Assembly: GCA_001820875.1 (NCBI GenBank)
Contig: MHRF01000010.1
Coordinates: 3,371-67,370 of the forward strand
DNA length: 64,000 nucleotides
Origin: Candidatus Taylorbacteria bacterium RIFCSPHIGHO2_01_FULL_46_22b
GTDB taxonomy: Bacteria > Patescibacteriota > Minisyncoccia > Phycocordibacterales > DSPV01
Reading direction: 5' to 3'
Part shown: piece by piece, positions 9,776-20,977 of the stretch
Layout: each line of letters begins with the position of its first letter
Numbering within the stretch: the stretch's first letter is position 1
Notes under the pieces: model-generated
Seen by the model: only the letters and a program-made list of their open reading frames with translations
Database searches by the model: none
Told to the model about the DNA's origin: nothing
Position numbers and translations under genes: made by a program

Positions 9776-10000
9776 ACAAGCGGAAAATGACCTACATACG
9801 AGCAGAGACATAGACAAGGATGGGAAACTATACTACTATGAAGTCGTTACTATTGTTAATTATGGAATTCCATTTTTATCTGTCCAATGTTCATGAATCC
9901 TGAAAAACATTTAAACGTATCTTCTAGATTCCCCTTCTTCGAACAGTGTGGCGATCCACACGCGGCACAAGTGTAAAAACCGGAACTCCTTTTCACATAT

Positions 10001-11530
10001 ATGTCGCTTAAAATTGTACTGCTCTTGGCGGGTATTGGCACCCTCGCAGGAGTTGCACTCGGCTACTATCTGCGATTGATCATCTCCCTCGGAAAGAAAG
10101 GTTCGATGGAACTTGAGATCAAGCAGATGATGCTTGAGGCAAAAGAAGAAGCCAAACGTGTCGTAACCGATGCAGAGAAACGAGCTGAAGAAACCCTCAA
10201 AGAAACACGAGGGGAGCTCAAGGAACGAGAAGATAAATTCAAGAAGACCGAAGACCGCCTGATTAAAAAGGAGGAGCTTTTGGATAAACGCCAGAGCGAT
10301 ATTGATAAGGAAGTTGAGGACATGAAGGCAAAAGTCGCTGAGATCAAGCGAGTGAAAGACAAAGTTGATCAGATGGAGACAAGCAAACTCGCGGAAATTG
10401 AAAAAATCTCGCAATTGTCGCGAGAAGACGCAAAAAATGAACTCGTGAAGATGATCGAGAAACAGAGCGAGGAAGATCTCTTGTCGCGCATGCAGAAAAT
10501 GGAACAGTATGGCGAGGAAAAACTCGAGGGTCGCGCGAAAGAAATCCTCACAAGCGCCATTCAACGTCTTGGAAACTCCGTATCTGCTGACGTGCTCACC
10601 ACGACAGTCGCCATTCCTTCAGATGAGCTCAAAGGAAAGATTATCGGCAAAGAAGGACGAAACATCAAGGCCTTCGAGCGTATTACCGGAGTTGAACTTA
10701 TCGTGGATGACACCCCAGGAGCCATCACCATTTCTTCATTTAATCCAATCCGCAGACAGATAGCACGAGTCGCACTTGAAGAACTCATTATTGACGGACG
10801 TATCCAGCCGGCAAAAATCGAAAAGGCGGTGGAAAAAGCCGAACTAGAGATCAATAAAATTATCAAAGAAAAGGGTCAACAGGCAGCCTACGAAGCAGGC
10901 GTGATCAATCTTGATCCCCGACTTATCTCCATCCTCGGACGTCTCCACTTCCGCACAAGCTATGGCCAAAACGTACTCCAGCATTCAGTAGAAATGTCAC
11001 ATGTCGCTGGAATGATTGCAGGGGAACTCGGTGCAAACATCTCGGTGGCACGCGCCGGAGCTCTTTTGCACGATATTGGCAAAGCGGTTGACCACGAAGT
11101 ACAGGGCACACATGTCGAAATCGGACGTAGAATTCTCCAGAAATTCGGTGTTTCTGAAGAAATCGTGAAATCAATGCAGGCGCATCACGAGGAATATCCG
11201 TATGAAACCCTTGAATCTCGTATTGTGCAAACTGCTGACGCGATTTCTGGTGCGCGACCGGGTGCACGACGCGATTCCGTTGAAAACTACCTCAAACGAC
11301 TTGAAGAGCTTGAGAGCATCGCTAAATCATTCAAAGGGGTTGAGAAAGCCTATGCACTTCAAGCAGGACGCGAAATTCGTATATTTGTTACCCCAACTGA
11401 AATCACCGATCTTGAAGCAACCAAACTTGCCCGCGATGTGGCTCTGCGTATAGAAAATGAACTCCACTATCCTGGTGAAATCAAGGTAAACGTGATTCGA
11501 GAAACTCGCGTAGTTGAATTTGCGAGATAA
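10001..11530 (+). CDS. rny: Ribonuclease Y
   Basis: 509 aa. N-terminal TM helix, coiled-coil, KH region (GKIIGKEGRNIKAFERITGVELIVDD) and HD domain (HSVEMSHVAGMIAGELGANISVARAGALLHDIGKAVDHE). Confidence 0.9.
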   Translation: MSLKIVLLLAGIGTLAGVALGYYLRLIISLGKKGSMELEIKQMMLEAKEEAKRVVTDAEKRAEETLKETRGELKEREDKFKKTEDRLIKKEELLDKRQSDIDKEVEDMKAKVAEIKRVKDKVDQMETSKLAEIEKISQLSREDAKNELVKMIEKQSEEDLLSRMQKMEQYGEEKLEGRAKEILTSAIQRLGNSVSADVLTTTVAIPSDELKGKIIGKEGRNIKAFERITGVELIVDDTPGAITISSFNPIRRQIARVALEELIIDGRIQPAKIEKAVEKAELEINKIIKEKGQQAAYEAGVINLDPRLISILGRLHFRTSYGQNVLQHSVEMSHVAGMIAGELGANISVARAGALLHDIGKAVDHEVQGTHVEIGRRILQKFGVSEEIVKSMQAHHEEYPYETLESRIVQTADAISGARPGARRDSVENYLKRLEELESIAKSFKGVEKAYALQAGREIRIFVTPTEITDLEATKLARDVALRIENELHYPGEIKVNVIRETRVVEFAR

Positions 11531-11556
11531 AGAATAGCTTCCTCTAAAGATACACA

Positions 11557-11593
11557 AATACCACGGCTCTATAGAGCCGTGGTATTTGTTTTT
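11557..11593 (+). terminator. Rho-independent terminator
   Basis: ataccacggctct-ata-gagccgtggtat followed by ttgttttt. Confidence 0.6.
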
Positions 11594-11782
11594 ACGATTG
11601 TTTGTCATTTTATATTTGTTTGACATCAAAATGGCTCTATTCCAGAGTTTTAGTGACATTTGACACTGGTTGCCTTAAAAAAGTGGTGGTATATAATAAT
11701 TTGAAGCTACGCTTGAACATTTAACCAGTTCAAGAGGCGTAAGGGGGTCGAACCTATATATTTAGTAATCAATAAAACAATC

Positions 11783-12055
11783 ATGAATAAGCAAGGAATT
11801 GCAGACGCAGTCCACGCGAAAATCGGCGGCACCAAAGTGCAAGCTGAGCAGGCGGTTGATGCGGTTATTGATTCGATCGTCTCTACCCTCACGAAGGGCG
11901 ACGAGGTCTCAATTGCGGGTCTTGGCATTTTTTCGGTCAAGGCGCGCGCAGCTCGGCAAGCACGAAACCCTCGGACAGGAGAGACAATTTCTGTCCCTGC
12001 CATGAAAGTTCCGAAGTTCCGCGCGGCAAAGGCCCTCAAAGACGCTGTCAAATAA
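11783..12055 (+). CDS. hup: DNA-binding protein HU
   Basis: 90 aa. MNKQGIADAVHAKIGGTKVQAEQAVDAVIDSIVSTLTKGDEVSIAGLGIFSVKARAARQARNPRTGETISVPAMKVPKFRAAKALKDAV is a canonical HU/IHF fold. Confidence 0.9.
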   Translation: MNKQGIADAVHAKIGGTKVQAEQAVDAVIDSIVSTLTKGDEVSIAGLGIFSVKARAARQARNPRTGETISVPAMKVPKFRAAKALKDAVK

Positions 12056-12082
12056 GCTTTCAAAAGAGTTTTCTACTTACAT

Positions 12083-12106
12083 AAAACCGCCTCCTAAGGC
12101 GGTTTT
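12083..12106 (+). terminator. Rho-independent terminator
   Basis: aaaaccgcctcc-taa-ggcggtttt. Confidence 0.55.
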
Positions 12107-12182
12107 ATGTTGCATAAAGAAAATCACTTGGTACACGACGCATACCAAGTGATTGAGATGAATACCACGACTAAGGAGGGAC

Positions 12183-12845
12183 TCACCTCCCCAACTTACA
12201 GGTGAGCCCCAGATAGCATCGGAGAAAATCCTGATCATTCCGATGCTGATAGGCCACCGCAAGTGACGAAGACAACGCCGGTGAGATCTTCTGAAGCGGA
12301 ATGGGGAACACGAGCCGAGGACCGATACCCCAAGAATCCCTCTGCCCTGAATAAGAGAAGATGTTTTCCGACTCAATTCCCAATCTCATTTGGTATCTAC
12401 CGAGTGGAATTGGAGTATCCGCTGCCATCCATGTGTACAACCTTCTCCTCTCCTCGCGCGGAAAGTAGGCTAGTTCAGCCATGAGGTTAATCCTCGAGAA
12501 AGTGCGATCGAGAAGCCGGAGATCAACGACGGGGTCATTGTATCCGTCTTCATTTCTCCTCAATCCTCCCATAACCTCAAACCAACTTCCCTTTTTGCCA
12601 TACTGCCAAAGAGGACCTAGAACATGGAAGCTTGCAGTCTCATTATTCTTCGCAGTAACATCAGAAAAGATTGCCCACCCTGCTAATCCGAAACTCCCAA
12701 GTTTGTTCGTGTGGAGATCGACATATTGAATATGGAAGAGACTGCGAAATTGAAAATCGAAGGAGGTGTTACCAAGCTCCCCAGCATCGGCTTTCACTGT
12801 AGCCAAGAACAGCATAGTACCAAGACAGAGGTGTAGTTTTTTCAT
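12183..12845 (-). CDS. Hypothetical secreted protein
   Basis: Start chosen at the internal MKKLHLCLGTMLFLATVKADA, which is signal-peptide-like. The longer track ORF is probably an upstream extension. No family recognised. Confidence 0.45.
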   Translation of the reverse strand: MKKLHLCLGTMLFLATVKADAGELGNTSFDFQFRSLFHIQYVDLHTNKLGSFGLAGWAIFSDVTAKNNETASFHVLGPLWQYGKKGSWFEVMGGLRRNEDGYNDPVVDLRLLDRTFSRINLMAELAYFPREERRRLYTWMAADTPIPLGRYQMRLGIESENIFSYSGQRDSWGIGPRLVFPIPLQKISPALSSSLAVAYQHRNDQDFLRCYLGLTCKLGR

Positions 12846-12946
12846 AGAACATAGTTGTCTGATTGTTTGACTGACCAAGAAGTATGCTATATTATTGAAT
12901 TTGAGTGGCCAATACCACCATAGGGTGTTGATTGCCACCACCAAAT

Positions 12947-13708
12947 ATGAACCAACAAATACTCGAGGAATTGGGATTAAGCCCAAATGAAGCGAGAATA
13001 TACGAATCGCTTATAGAAAGCGGAGAATCTTCCATAAGTGATATTTCAGTTAAAGCAAAAATTCATCGCCGAAATGCGTATGATGTTATGCAACGACTCA
13101 TAAATAAAGGACTGTGCTTTCAGATTCTTTCTAGAGGAGAAAATACTTACAACGCCGTAGACCCTGATAAATTAACAGAGCTGCTGGCAGAAAAACAAGA
13201 AAACCTAGAAAGAATACTCCCCTCATTAAAAAAGAAATTCCAGTCAAGCGTTGCGCCAGAGGAAGCTTATATATACAAAGGACTCGAGGGACAAAGAAAC
13301 ATCTGGAGAGATGTGTTACGTGTTGAGCAAGACAGCTATTTTATAGGAGCAAAAGGATCTTGGTTTGATCCGAATCTTGATGCAGGAAGGGCAGCTTTCT
13401 TTAAGGAAGCCAATCGAAAAAAAATTAAATTTATTCAGCTTTTTGATTATGAAGTTAAATCAGAAATGCCCAATTTTCCCCGCCACTTCCCTGGCGATCT
13501 AAAGTATCGATTTTTACCTAAGAAATACTCGACCAATTCGGCTCTTCATATTTTTGGTGATTTTGTAGTTACCTATACAGGCGTGGCTTTAGGCAAAACT
13601 GGAAAAGACATCGTGATCTTTGTGATCCGGAGTAAAAATCTAGCTGAAAGCTACCGCACATGGTTCTGGTACATGTGGGAACAGTCCACTGAAGACAAGA
13701 AAAAATAA
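12947..13708 (+). CDS. TrmB-family transcriptional regulator
   Basis: MNQQILEELGLSPNEARIYESLIESGESSISDISVKAKIHRRNAYDVMQRLINKGL is a winged-HTH typical of TrmB, followed by a TrmB C-terminal domain. The track start at 12932 is TTG; ATG at 12947 is preferred. Confidence 0.7.
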   Translation: MNQQILEELGLSPNEARIYESLIESGESSISDISVKAKIHRRNAYDVMQRLINKGLCFQILSRGENTYNAVDPDKLTELLAEKQENLERILPSLKKKFQSSVAPEEAYIYKGLEGQRNIWRDVLRVEQDSYFIGAKGSWFDPNLDAGRAAFFKEANRKKIKFIQLFDYEVKSEMPNFPRHFPGDLKYRFLPKKYSTNSALHIFGDFVVTYTGVALGKTGKDIVIFVIRSKNLAESYRTWFWYMWEQSTEDKKK

Positions 13709-13878
13709 CCTTAGCGGTGCGGGACGGGAGAATCTCTCCTTACAGGAGCAGTCTCCTGTTTGGATTTTCTTTTCGCCCAACAAGGGCTTAACAAAATACT
13801 CAAACAGGCTTCGATTCCCCCACGAAAGCGTCTCCACGCTTTCTGTCCCACACAAAAACCCCTTGCGGGGGCTTTTTA

Positions 13879-13949
13879 TGCGGGACGGGAGAATCGAACT
13901 CCCACCAAGAGTTTGGAAAACTCCTATTCTACCATTAAACTAGTCCCGC
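13879..13949 (-). tRNA. tRNA-Gly (anticodon TCC)
   Basis: Hand-folded cloverleaf on the minus strand (71 nt): acceptor GCGGGAC/GTCCCGC, D-arm GTTT-AATGGTA-GAAT, anticodon stem GGAGT/ACTCT with loop TTTCCAA, T-arm GGGAG-TTCGATT-CTCCC, discriminator A. No encoded CCA. A terminator hairpin follows at 13848-13878. Confidence 0.8.
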
Positions 13950-14003
13950 GACGTATACATACTCAAGTGCACCACATGGTAGCAAAAACCGACAGCAGCC
14001 GCA

Positions 14004-15206
14004 ATGGAGATGTCGCGATATAATAGCGACATGCTCTCAATTCTCATATCACTCAAAAATATGTTGATCGGACTAATTGTCTCTGTTGGGCTTTGGCTTG
14101 TACCTATTTCAACACAAATACTCCAAGAACCTGTCTCAAGCACAACAACCGCATCAAAAACAACGGTTGTAAGCACATCAACACACGCACAAGTTATTCC
14201 TGCAAAGACAGCATCAACAAGCAAGCAATCACCTCCCCCAAAGACAACGGCAGTCATACCAACACAAAAACCAATTGAAACATCGGTTGTAGTGGTACCC
14301 CCACTAATCCCAAACCAACCAGTAACAGACACAAGCCCTACCCCTTCGTGGGATGAAATAAACGAGAGTGCGCGAAAGGCAACAGTCAATATACTTTGCA
14401 CATCGGCAAGCGGAGGACTCTTAAGTCCGTTGTCGGCAAGCGGTGTCATTATTGACCCGCAAGGCGTCATCCTAACCAACGCCCACGTAGCGCAGTATTT
14501 TTTAATCAAAGACTATCCAATTAAAGGATTTCTTGAGTGTGTCATCCGACAAGATAGCCCCGCAAAACCCCTATACCACGCTGATTTATTGTACATATCA
14601 CCCACGTGGGTAACAGAACACTACGAAGAAATGCTTGAACAAACTCCCACCGGCACCGGCGAACGAGACTTCGCACTGCTCATCATTCGTGATGGTGTCG
14701 GACCTACCATTCAATTACCGCAAAATTTTCCATACCTTCCGATTTCCCTCATTGATTCACCAACGATTGTCGGTCATCCAGTGATTCTCTCTGCATATCC
14801 CGCAGGATTTCTTGGTGGCATCTTGATACAGACTAACCTCTATCTTTCTTCCGCACCGGCAACCATCCAAGATGTCTTCACTTTTGGAGACACAACTGTT
14901 GACCTCGTTTCTCTCGGGGGGAGTGTTGTTGCACAACACGGATCATCAGGGGGGCCAGTGGTAACAAGCGACGGGAAGGTTTTGGGTATCGTAGTTACAA
15001 GCAGCGAAGCACAAAGTACGGGTGGGCGCAATCTTGATGCAATCACCCTCTCATACATCAATCGTAGTTTCACTGAAGAAATCAAAATCGATCTCCCTAC
15101 ATTTCTGAAAAATAATCTAAAAAATACTGCTGCGGCTTTCTCAACCGACGTAGCGCCCGCACTCACCAAATTATATACAGAGCTTTTCCAAAAAAGCGGA
15201 CGTTAA
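14004..15206 (+). CDS. Secreted trypsin-like (S1/chymotrypsin-fold) serine protease
   Basis: N-terminal TM/signal segment. LTNAHVAQ provides the His context and GSSGGPVVTSDGKVLGIVV the Ser context. A Thr/Ser/Pro-rich linker precedes the protease domain. Confidence 0.8.
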   Translation: MEMSRYNSDMLSILISLKNMLIGLIVSVGLWLVPISTQILQEPVSSTTTASKTTVVSTSTHAQVIPAKTASTSKQSPPPKTTAVIPTQKPIETSVVVVPPLIPNQPVTDTSPTPSWDEINESARKATVNILCTSASGGLLSPLSASGVIIDPQGVILTNAHVAQYFLIKDYPIKGFLECVIRQDSPAKPLYHADLLYISPTWVTEHYEEMLEQTPTGTGERDFALLIIRDGVGPTIQLPQNFPYLPISLIDSPTIVGHPVILSAYPAGFLGGILIQTNLYLSSAPATIQDVFTFGDTTVDLVSLGGSVVAQHGSSGGPVVTSDGKVLGIVVTSSEAQSTGGRNLDAITLSYINRSFTEEIKIDLPTFLKNNLKNTAAAFSTDVAPALTKLYTELFQKSGR

Positions 15207-15499
15207 TCTTTCTTGGGTTTCAAAAGCATATCAAGATCATCACGAGGAGCAGTTCGATTAGGCTTTTCATATCCACACCGAACACAGCGGTGCAATAGTA
15301 TATAGTCCCCTTTCTTCAACGAAAGCGACAAGGGCTCCATCAAACCCCCACACAAAGCGCTACGGTCACCCGGAGTTACATCAACATGCTTACTCCAGAG
15401 ACAAACTGGACAATGATTGGTATACCCGTTACCAAAAACCTGCATACCGCAGTGCTCGCAGATGAAATCTTCTTTATTTTTTTGAAATTGCAGAGACAT
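15203..15499 (-). CDS. RNHCP-domain zinc-ribbon protein
   Basis: 98 aa with CEHCGMQV...YTNHCPVCLWSKHVD...CVRCGYEK, matching the RNHCP domain pattern. Confidence 0.6.
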   Translation of the reverse strand: MSLQFQKNKEDFICEHCGMQVFGNGYTNHCPVCLWSKHVDVTPGDRSALCGGLMEPLSLSLKKGDYILLHRCVRCGYEKPNRTAPRDDLDMLLKPKKD

Positions 15500-16329
15500 T
15501 TAACGCGGCAGGAAAATTCTACCATTAGCTTGGCGTAAAAGCCCCTCTCTAACCATTTGAGAGATTGCCGACTGCACCAGTTTCAATGATATATGTTCTC
15601 TCGAATACAAACGACAAGCTTGCTTGGATGTCATAGAGCCTTCCGCTACCTGTCTAAGAATCCTCCCGCGCAATTGCCGGCGAGATCCGACAAATGGTTT
15701 CTGTTTTGCGTAATGCACACTGTGGACATTAGCGTTACCTACCGTCTTTTTTATCCAAGCACCATAGTCCATAAGCGCTTGATACCACTCGGCCGGCCGG
15801 CGCGCATCAAGCGTTACTTTCACCAGTTTCAACAATACAGAATCACTGACCTTCTTCCTCCGTGGGAAAAAATGATGGATATACACCGTACGTATGTTTG
15901 TTTCAATAAAAACAGCGGGTTGGTTGAATGCAAACGCACATACCGCTGCCGCAGTGTACGGACCAACACCAGGCAATGTATCCAACACGGAAGCATCTTT
16001 GGGAATCATTCCTCTATATTCACGTACAATAATTTCTCCAGCACGCTTGAGATACAATGCCCTTCTGTTATACCCTAAACCGCTCCACAAACGAATAACG
16101 GAGGCAAGCGGTGCCTGCGCTAACAACTCAACGGTAGGAAATTTTTTGACAAACGTGCGAAAAAACGGAACAACCCGATCTGCCTGCGTTTGTTGCAACA
16201 TGATCTCTGAAACCAATATGCGATAGGGGTCTCTAGTCTGCCGCCACGGAAACACTCTACCCTGATCACGGTAGTGCTTCCATACCACATTCCGAAACAA
16301 CTTAACGTCCTTTAGAGGTGGACTCATAA

Positions 16330-16333
<4 letters not shown>
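15500..16333 (-). CDS. HhH-GPD superfamily DNA glycosylase (MutY/Nth-like)
   Basis: EIMLQQTQADRVVPFF...LPGVGPYTAAAVCAFAFNQPAVFIETNIRTV gives a helix-hairpin-helix with a Gly/Pro-rich loop and catalytic Asp context. Confidence 0.7.
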
Positions 16334-17921
<1,588 letters not shown>

Positions 17922-18134
17922 TCATGATTTCAAGAGAAATGCCATTCTGAAGTCTCTCTGGTTGCTGGGAGTGACCCTCCCCAGACGCAAGCTCCGCTTG
18001 CTCACTTCTCGCTTCGCTCGGGCTGCTGGGACGTCTCGACTACCGTCGCGGGTGAGTTTCGATCTGCCTGCGGCAGACAACGAAACCCCTTTCGACTCCC
18101 AACATAAGCTACGCAGGTAGCTTATTGCACTCCT

Positions 18135-18205
18135 TCGGGCTGCTGGGAGTCGAACCCAGACCGCTTGCTCCCAAAGCAAGCATACTACCGCTATACTACA
18201 GCCCG
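18135..18205 (-). tRNA. tRNA-Pro (anticodon TGG)
   Basis: Hand-folded: acceptor CGGGCTG/CAGCCCG, D-arm GTAT-AGCGGTA-GTAT, anticodon stem CTTGC/GCAAG with loop TTTGGGA (G37), T-arm CTGGG-TTCGACT-CCCAG, discriminator A. Confidence 0.85.
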
Positions 18206-18255
18206 TTTATCAGATACAAAAGAATCCTAACATAAAATGTGTGTGGCCCAAAGAC

Positions 18256-18633
18256 TTAGGACAACACATCAGCAATCATTTTTACTCGTGCAATCTTTTT
18301 ATCTTCATCCAACACCACAGAAATCACCGCAAACTCCCACAGAGAATCCACACCCAAACCCGCCTGAGACAGGTAGATCTGCACGGTTCTAGACAAACGT
18401 TTCAATTTCGTACCAGTTACGTGCTCTTCTGGACGATATCCATCACCGCCCAAAGACCCACTCTCCTCTGTTGACTTGACTTCAACAAACAAAAGTGTTC
18501 CAGATTTTTTGGCAATAATATCAATCTCACCAAATTTCTTACGAAAGTTTCTTCCTATAACTACATATCCTTTTTTCTCAAGAAAATCACAAGAAATCTC
18601 TTCTCCCAATTTTCCTATATTTATATGATCCAT
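18256..18633 (-). CDS. yraN: YraN-family (UPF0102) endonuclease
   Basis: 125 aa. GEEISCDFLEKKGYVVIGRNFRKKFGEIDIIAKKSGTLLFVEVKSTE has the YraN/restriction-endonuclease-like signature. Confidence 0.8.
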   Translation of the reverse strand: MDHINIGKLGEEISCDFLEKKGYVVIGRNFRKKFGEIDIIAKKSGTLLFVEVKSTEESGSLGGDGYRPEEHVTGTKLKRLSRTVQIYLSQAGLGVDSLWEFAVISVVLDEDKKIARVKMIADVLS

Positions 18634-18881
18634 TGAGATTTCACATGAAAGTAAGACTTTTACCTGTTACTAAGTAACATCGAAACATCGCAAAAAGACA
18701 TTTAAATCACTAAACGGCCTAAAATAGGCTCTTTTTAAAGTTAAAGAGACATAACAAACTGTCTTTTATACACATATACACAGACTTATCCACATAATCA
18801 ATCTAAAAGCAGAAAATCCTTATAATACAGAGAAAATGTAGGAGTGATCATGAATCGAGGCATAAAAGACACTCTTATTGG

Positions 18882-18952
18882 TGCGGGTAGGGAGAATCGA
18901 ACTCCCGTCTTGTCCTTGGCAAGGACACATTCTACCACTAAACCATACCCGC
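18882..18952 (-). tRNA. tRNA-Gly (anticodon GCC)
   Basis: Hand-folded: acceptor GCGGGTA/TACCCGC, D-arm GTTT-AGTGGTA-GAAT, anticodon stem TGTCC/GGACA with loop TTGCCAA, T-arm GGGAG-TTCGATT-CTCCC, discriminator A. Confidence 0.85.
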
Positions 18953-19069
18953 ATTTCTCATCAAGATTCAAAAAAACAACTGGTGGGATGAGCCATGGTA
19001 ACATTTTTTTTTCCAAATATCTACTTCCGCGGGGACAAATAACTGAAAATATCGTAGAATGCCAAGTAA

Positions 19070-19141
19070 GCTCCCGTAGTGAAACGGATATCACAACGGT
19101 CTTCGGAACCGTTATTGCAGGTTCGAGTCCTGCCGGGAGCA
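19070..19141 (+). tRNA. tRNA-Arg (anticodon TCG)
   Basis: Hand-folded: acceptor GCTCCCG/CGGGAGC, D-arm GTGA-AACGGATA-TCAC, anticodon stem ACGGT/ACCGT with loop CTTCGGA, T-arm GCAGG-TTCGAGT-CCTGC, discriminator A. Confidence 0.75.
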
Positions 19142-19152
19142 TTGAATGCTGT

Positions 19153-20655
19153 ATGAAAAAAGAAACTCTATTTACCATCCCAAATGAAGTAGTTGAGGTT
19201 GCTAAAACCCTAGAAAAGAAGGGTTTTGAGGCATTTCTCATTGGTGGATGCACTAGAGATCTTCTGATCGGTCGAACTCCCAAAGATTGGGACATCACCA
19301 CTAATGCGACTCCTAAAGAAATCATTTCATTATTCACAAAAACATTTTATGAAAATGAATACGGAACGGTGGGAGTTGTAAATGAAAACACAGAAGATAT
19401 TTCGCTCAAAGTAATTGAGGTTACCCCGTATCGTCTGGAATCTACCTATTCAAACAAACGCCACCCTGATGAAATAAAATTCGGAAAAAAGATCGAGGAG
19501 GATCTTAAACGAAGAGACTTCACTATAAACGCCATCGCGGTAAAAGTGGTTGAATCTAAAGGACAGAAAAATTATAAAGGACAAATTATAGACCCTTATA
19601 AAGGACAGTCGGATATATCTGAAAAAATTATAAGGACAGTAGGAGACCCTGATGAAAGACTTCAAGAAGATGCTTTGCGTATAGTAAGAGCACTAAGATT
19701 AGCCACGGAGTTGAGTTTCATGATTAACACAGAGACTCAAGTGTCTATCAAAAAAAATATATCGCTTTTAAAAGAGATTTCACGTGAAAGAGTTCGGGAT
19801 GAATTTATAAAAATACTGATGTCAGACAACCCAATGAAAGGGCTTGAGATGTGTCATGAATACGGACTACTAAAAATATTTCTTCCAGAACTTGAGGCAG
19901 GTATAGGAAATAAACAGAACAAAGCCCATGCATACGACGTATGGGAGCATTCATTGCGAACACTTCAGCACTCTGCTAAAAACAAGTGGTCTCTTGAAGT
20001 AAGACTTGCAGCGCTTTTTCACGATATCGGAAAACCTCCTTCTAGATTATGGTCAGAAGAGAAAGGCGACTGGACTTTTCACGGACATGACATGGTTGGA
20101 TCAAAGATAACAGCAAAAATACTTTCTAGATTAATGTTTCCTGTGAAAACTATAGAAAAGGTAGTAAAGCTAGTTCGCTGGCACATGTTCTTCTCTGACA
20201 CAGACCAGATAACCTTATCTTCTGTGCGAAGGCTTTTAAGAAATGTTGGAAAAGATTCGATTTGGGATCTAATGAATGTTCGAGCATGTGATCGTATAGG
20301 AACGGGTAGACCCAAAGAACAACCCTACCGTCTAAGAAAATACCACTCGATGATCGAAGAGGTTATGCATGATCCAGTTAGTGTTTCGATGCTTAAGATA
20401 AATGGGGCTAAAATCATGGAGATTGCTGGTATCAATCCTAGCCCTAAGATAGGCCATATTTTGCACGCCCTTCTTGAAGAAGTTATGGAGGATCCAAAAC
20501 TCAACACTACAGAATATCTTGAGAAAAGAGTTACAGATCTAAATAAAATGACTGAAAAGGAACTTCAAAATTTGGGTGACATGGGAAAAGCAAAGAAAAA
20601 TGCCCAAGAAGAGTCTGCTATAAAAAAGATACGAGAAAAATACTGGGTAAAGTGA
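19153..20655 (+). CDS. cca: CCA-adding enzyme / tRNA nucleotidyltransferase with HD domain
   Basis: Start at MKKETLFTIP; the 603-aa track ORF begins inside the tRNA cluster and its N-terminus is spurious. Pol-beta-like NTase head (GGCTRDLLIGRTPKDWDITT), then an HD domain (AALFHDIGK...HGHDMVGS). Confidence 0.85.
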   Translation: MKKETLFTIPNEVVEVAKTLEKKGFEAFLIGGCTRDLLIGRTPKDWDITTNATPKEIISLFTKTFYENEYGTVGVVNENTEDISLKVIEVTPYRLESTYSNKRHPDEIKFGKKIEEDLKRRDFTINAIAVKVVESKGQKNYKGQIIDPYKGQSDISEKIIRTVGDPDERLQEDALRIVRALRLATELSFMINTETQVSIKKNISLLKEISRERVRDEFIKILMSDNPMKGLEMCHEYGLLKIFLPELEAGIGNKQNKAHAYDVWEHSLRTLQHSAKNKWSLEVRLAALFHDIGKPPSRLWSEEKGDWTFHGHDMVGSKITAKILSRLMFPVKTIEKVVKLVRWHMFFSDTDQITLSSVRRLLRNVGKDSIWDLMNVRACDRIGTGRPKEQPYRLRKYHSMIEEVMHDPVSVSMLKINGAKIMEIAGINPSPKIGHILHALLEEVMEDPKLNTTEYLEKRVTDLNKMTEKELQNLGDMGKAKKNAQEESAIKKIREKYWVK

Positions 20656-20977
20656 GAAAAGAAAAAGCCGCCTAGTAGAGAAAGGAGATTTTAGTGGGAA
20701 AAATCTAGGCGGCTGGTGGAAGAGCTCGCCCAGGGAAAGAATGTGTGTGGTTCACGTGAAAACCACGATCCGGTACCCAATTTGTTGGTTGTACGCACCG
20801 GTAAACATCTCCGAGCTGTCTTCTCAAAAGAGAGTAAAACTTTTACTCATCTTTTTTATTCGAAGGAACATTGTGTGCCCAAAGCAACTCGAGAGCGAGA
20901 AACCCAGACACCTAAAGATAGTATATAGTTTATAAAAGACATGTAAAGGACAACTGTGGATAAATGTCCTTTAGAAG

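Noticed and set aside
10066-10866. Antisense ORFs within rny (10066..10362 -, 10369..10560 -, 10561..10866 -) and within other housekeeping genes
   Set aside because: Low-complexity Ser/Arg-rich translations that mirror the Lys/Glu-rich sense strand. No independent support.
13640-14023. ORFs 13640..13855 (-) and 13760..14023 (+)
   Set aside because: They overlap tRNA-Gly(TCC), its terminator and the att-like repeat. No coding signal.
18786-18794. Exact DnaA-box matches (ttatccaca at 18786-18794; tgtggataa at 20955-20963)
   Set aside because: They are isolated single boxes far from dnaA and are expected by chance in 64 kb. The origin is better placed at dnaA-dnaN.
18798-19337. 179-aa minus-strand ORF
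   Set aside because: Overlaps two tRNA genes and the cca start. No recognisable protein features.
18844-20655. 603-aa ORF-track protein starting at 18844
   Set aside because: Its first ~100 codons run through tRNA-Gly(GCC) and tRNA-Arg(TCG). The real CCA-enzyme CDS starts at MKKETLF (19153).
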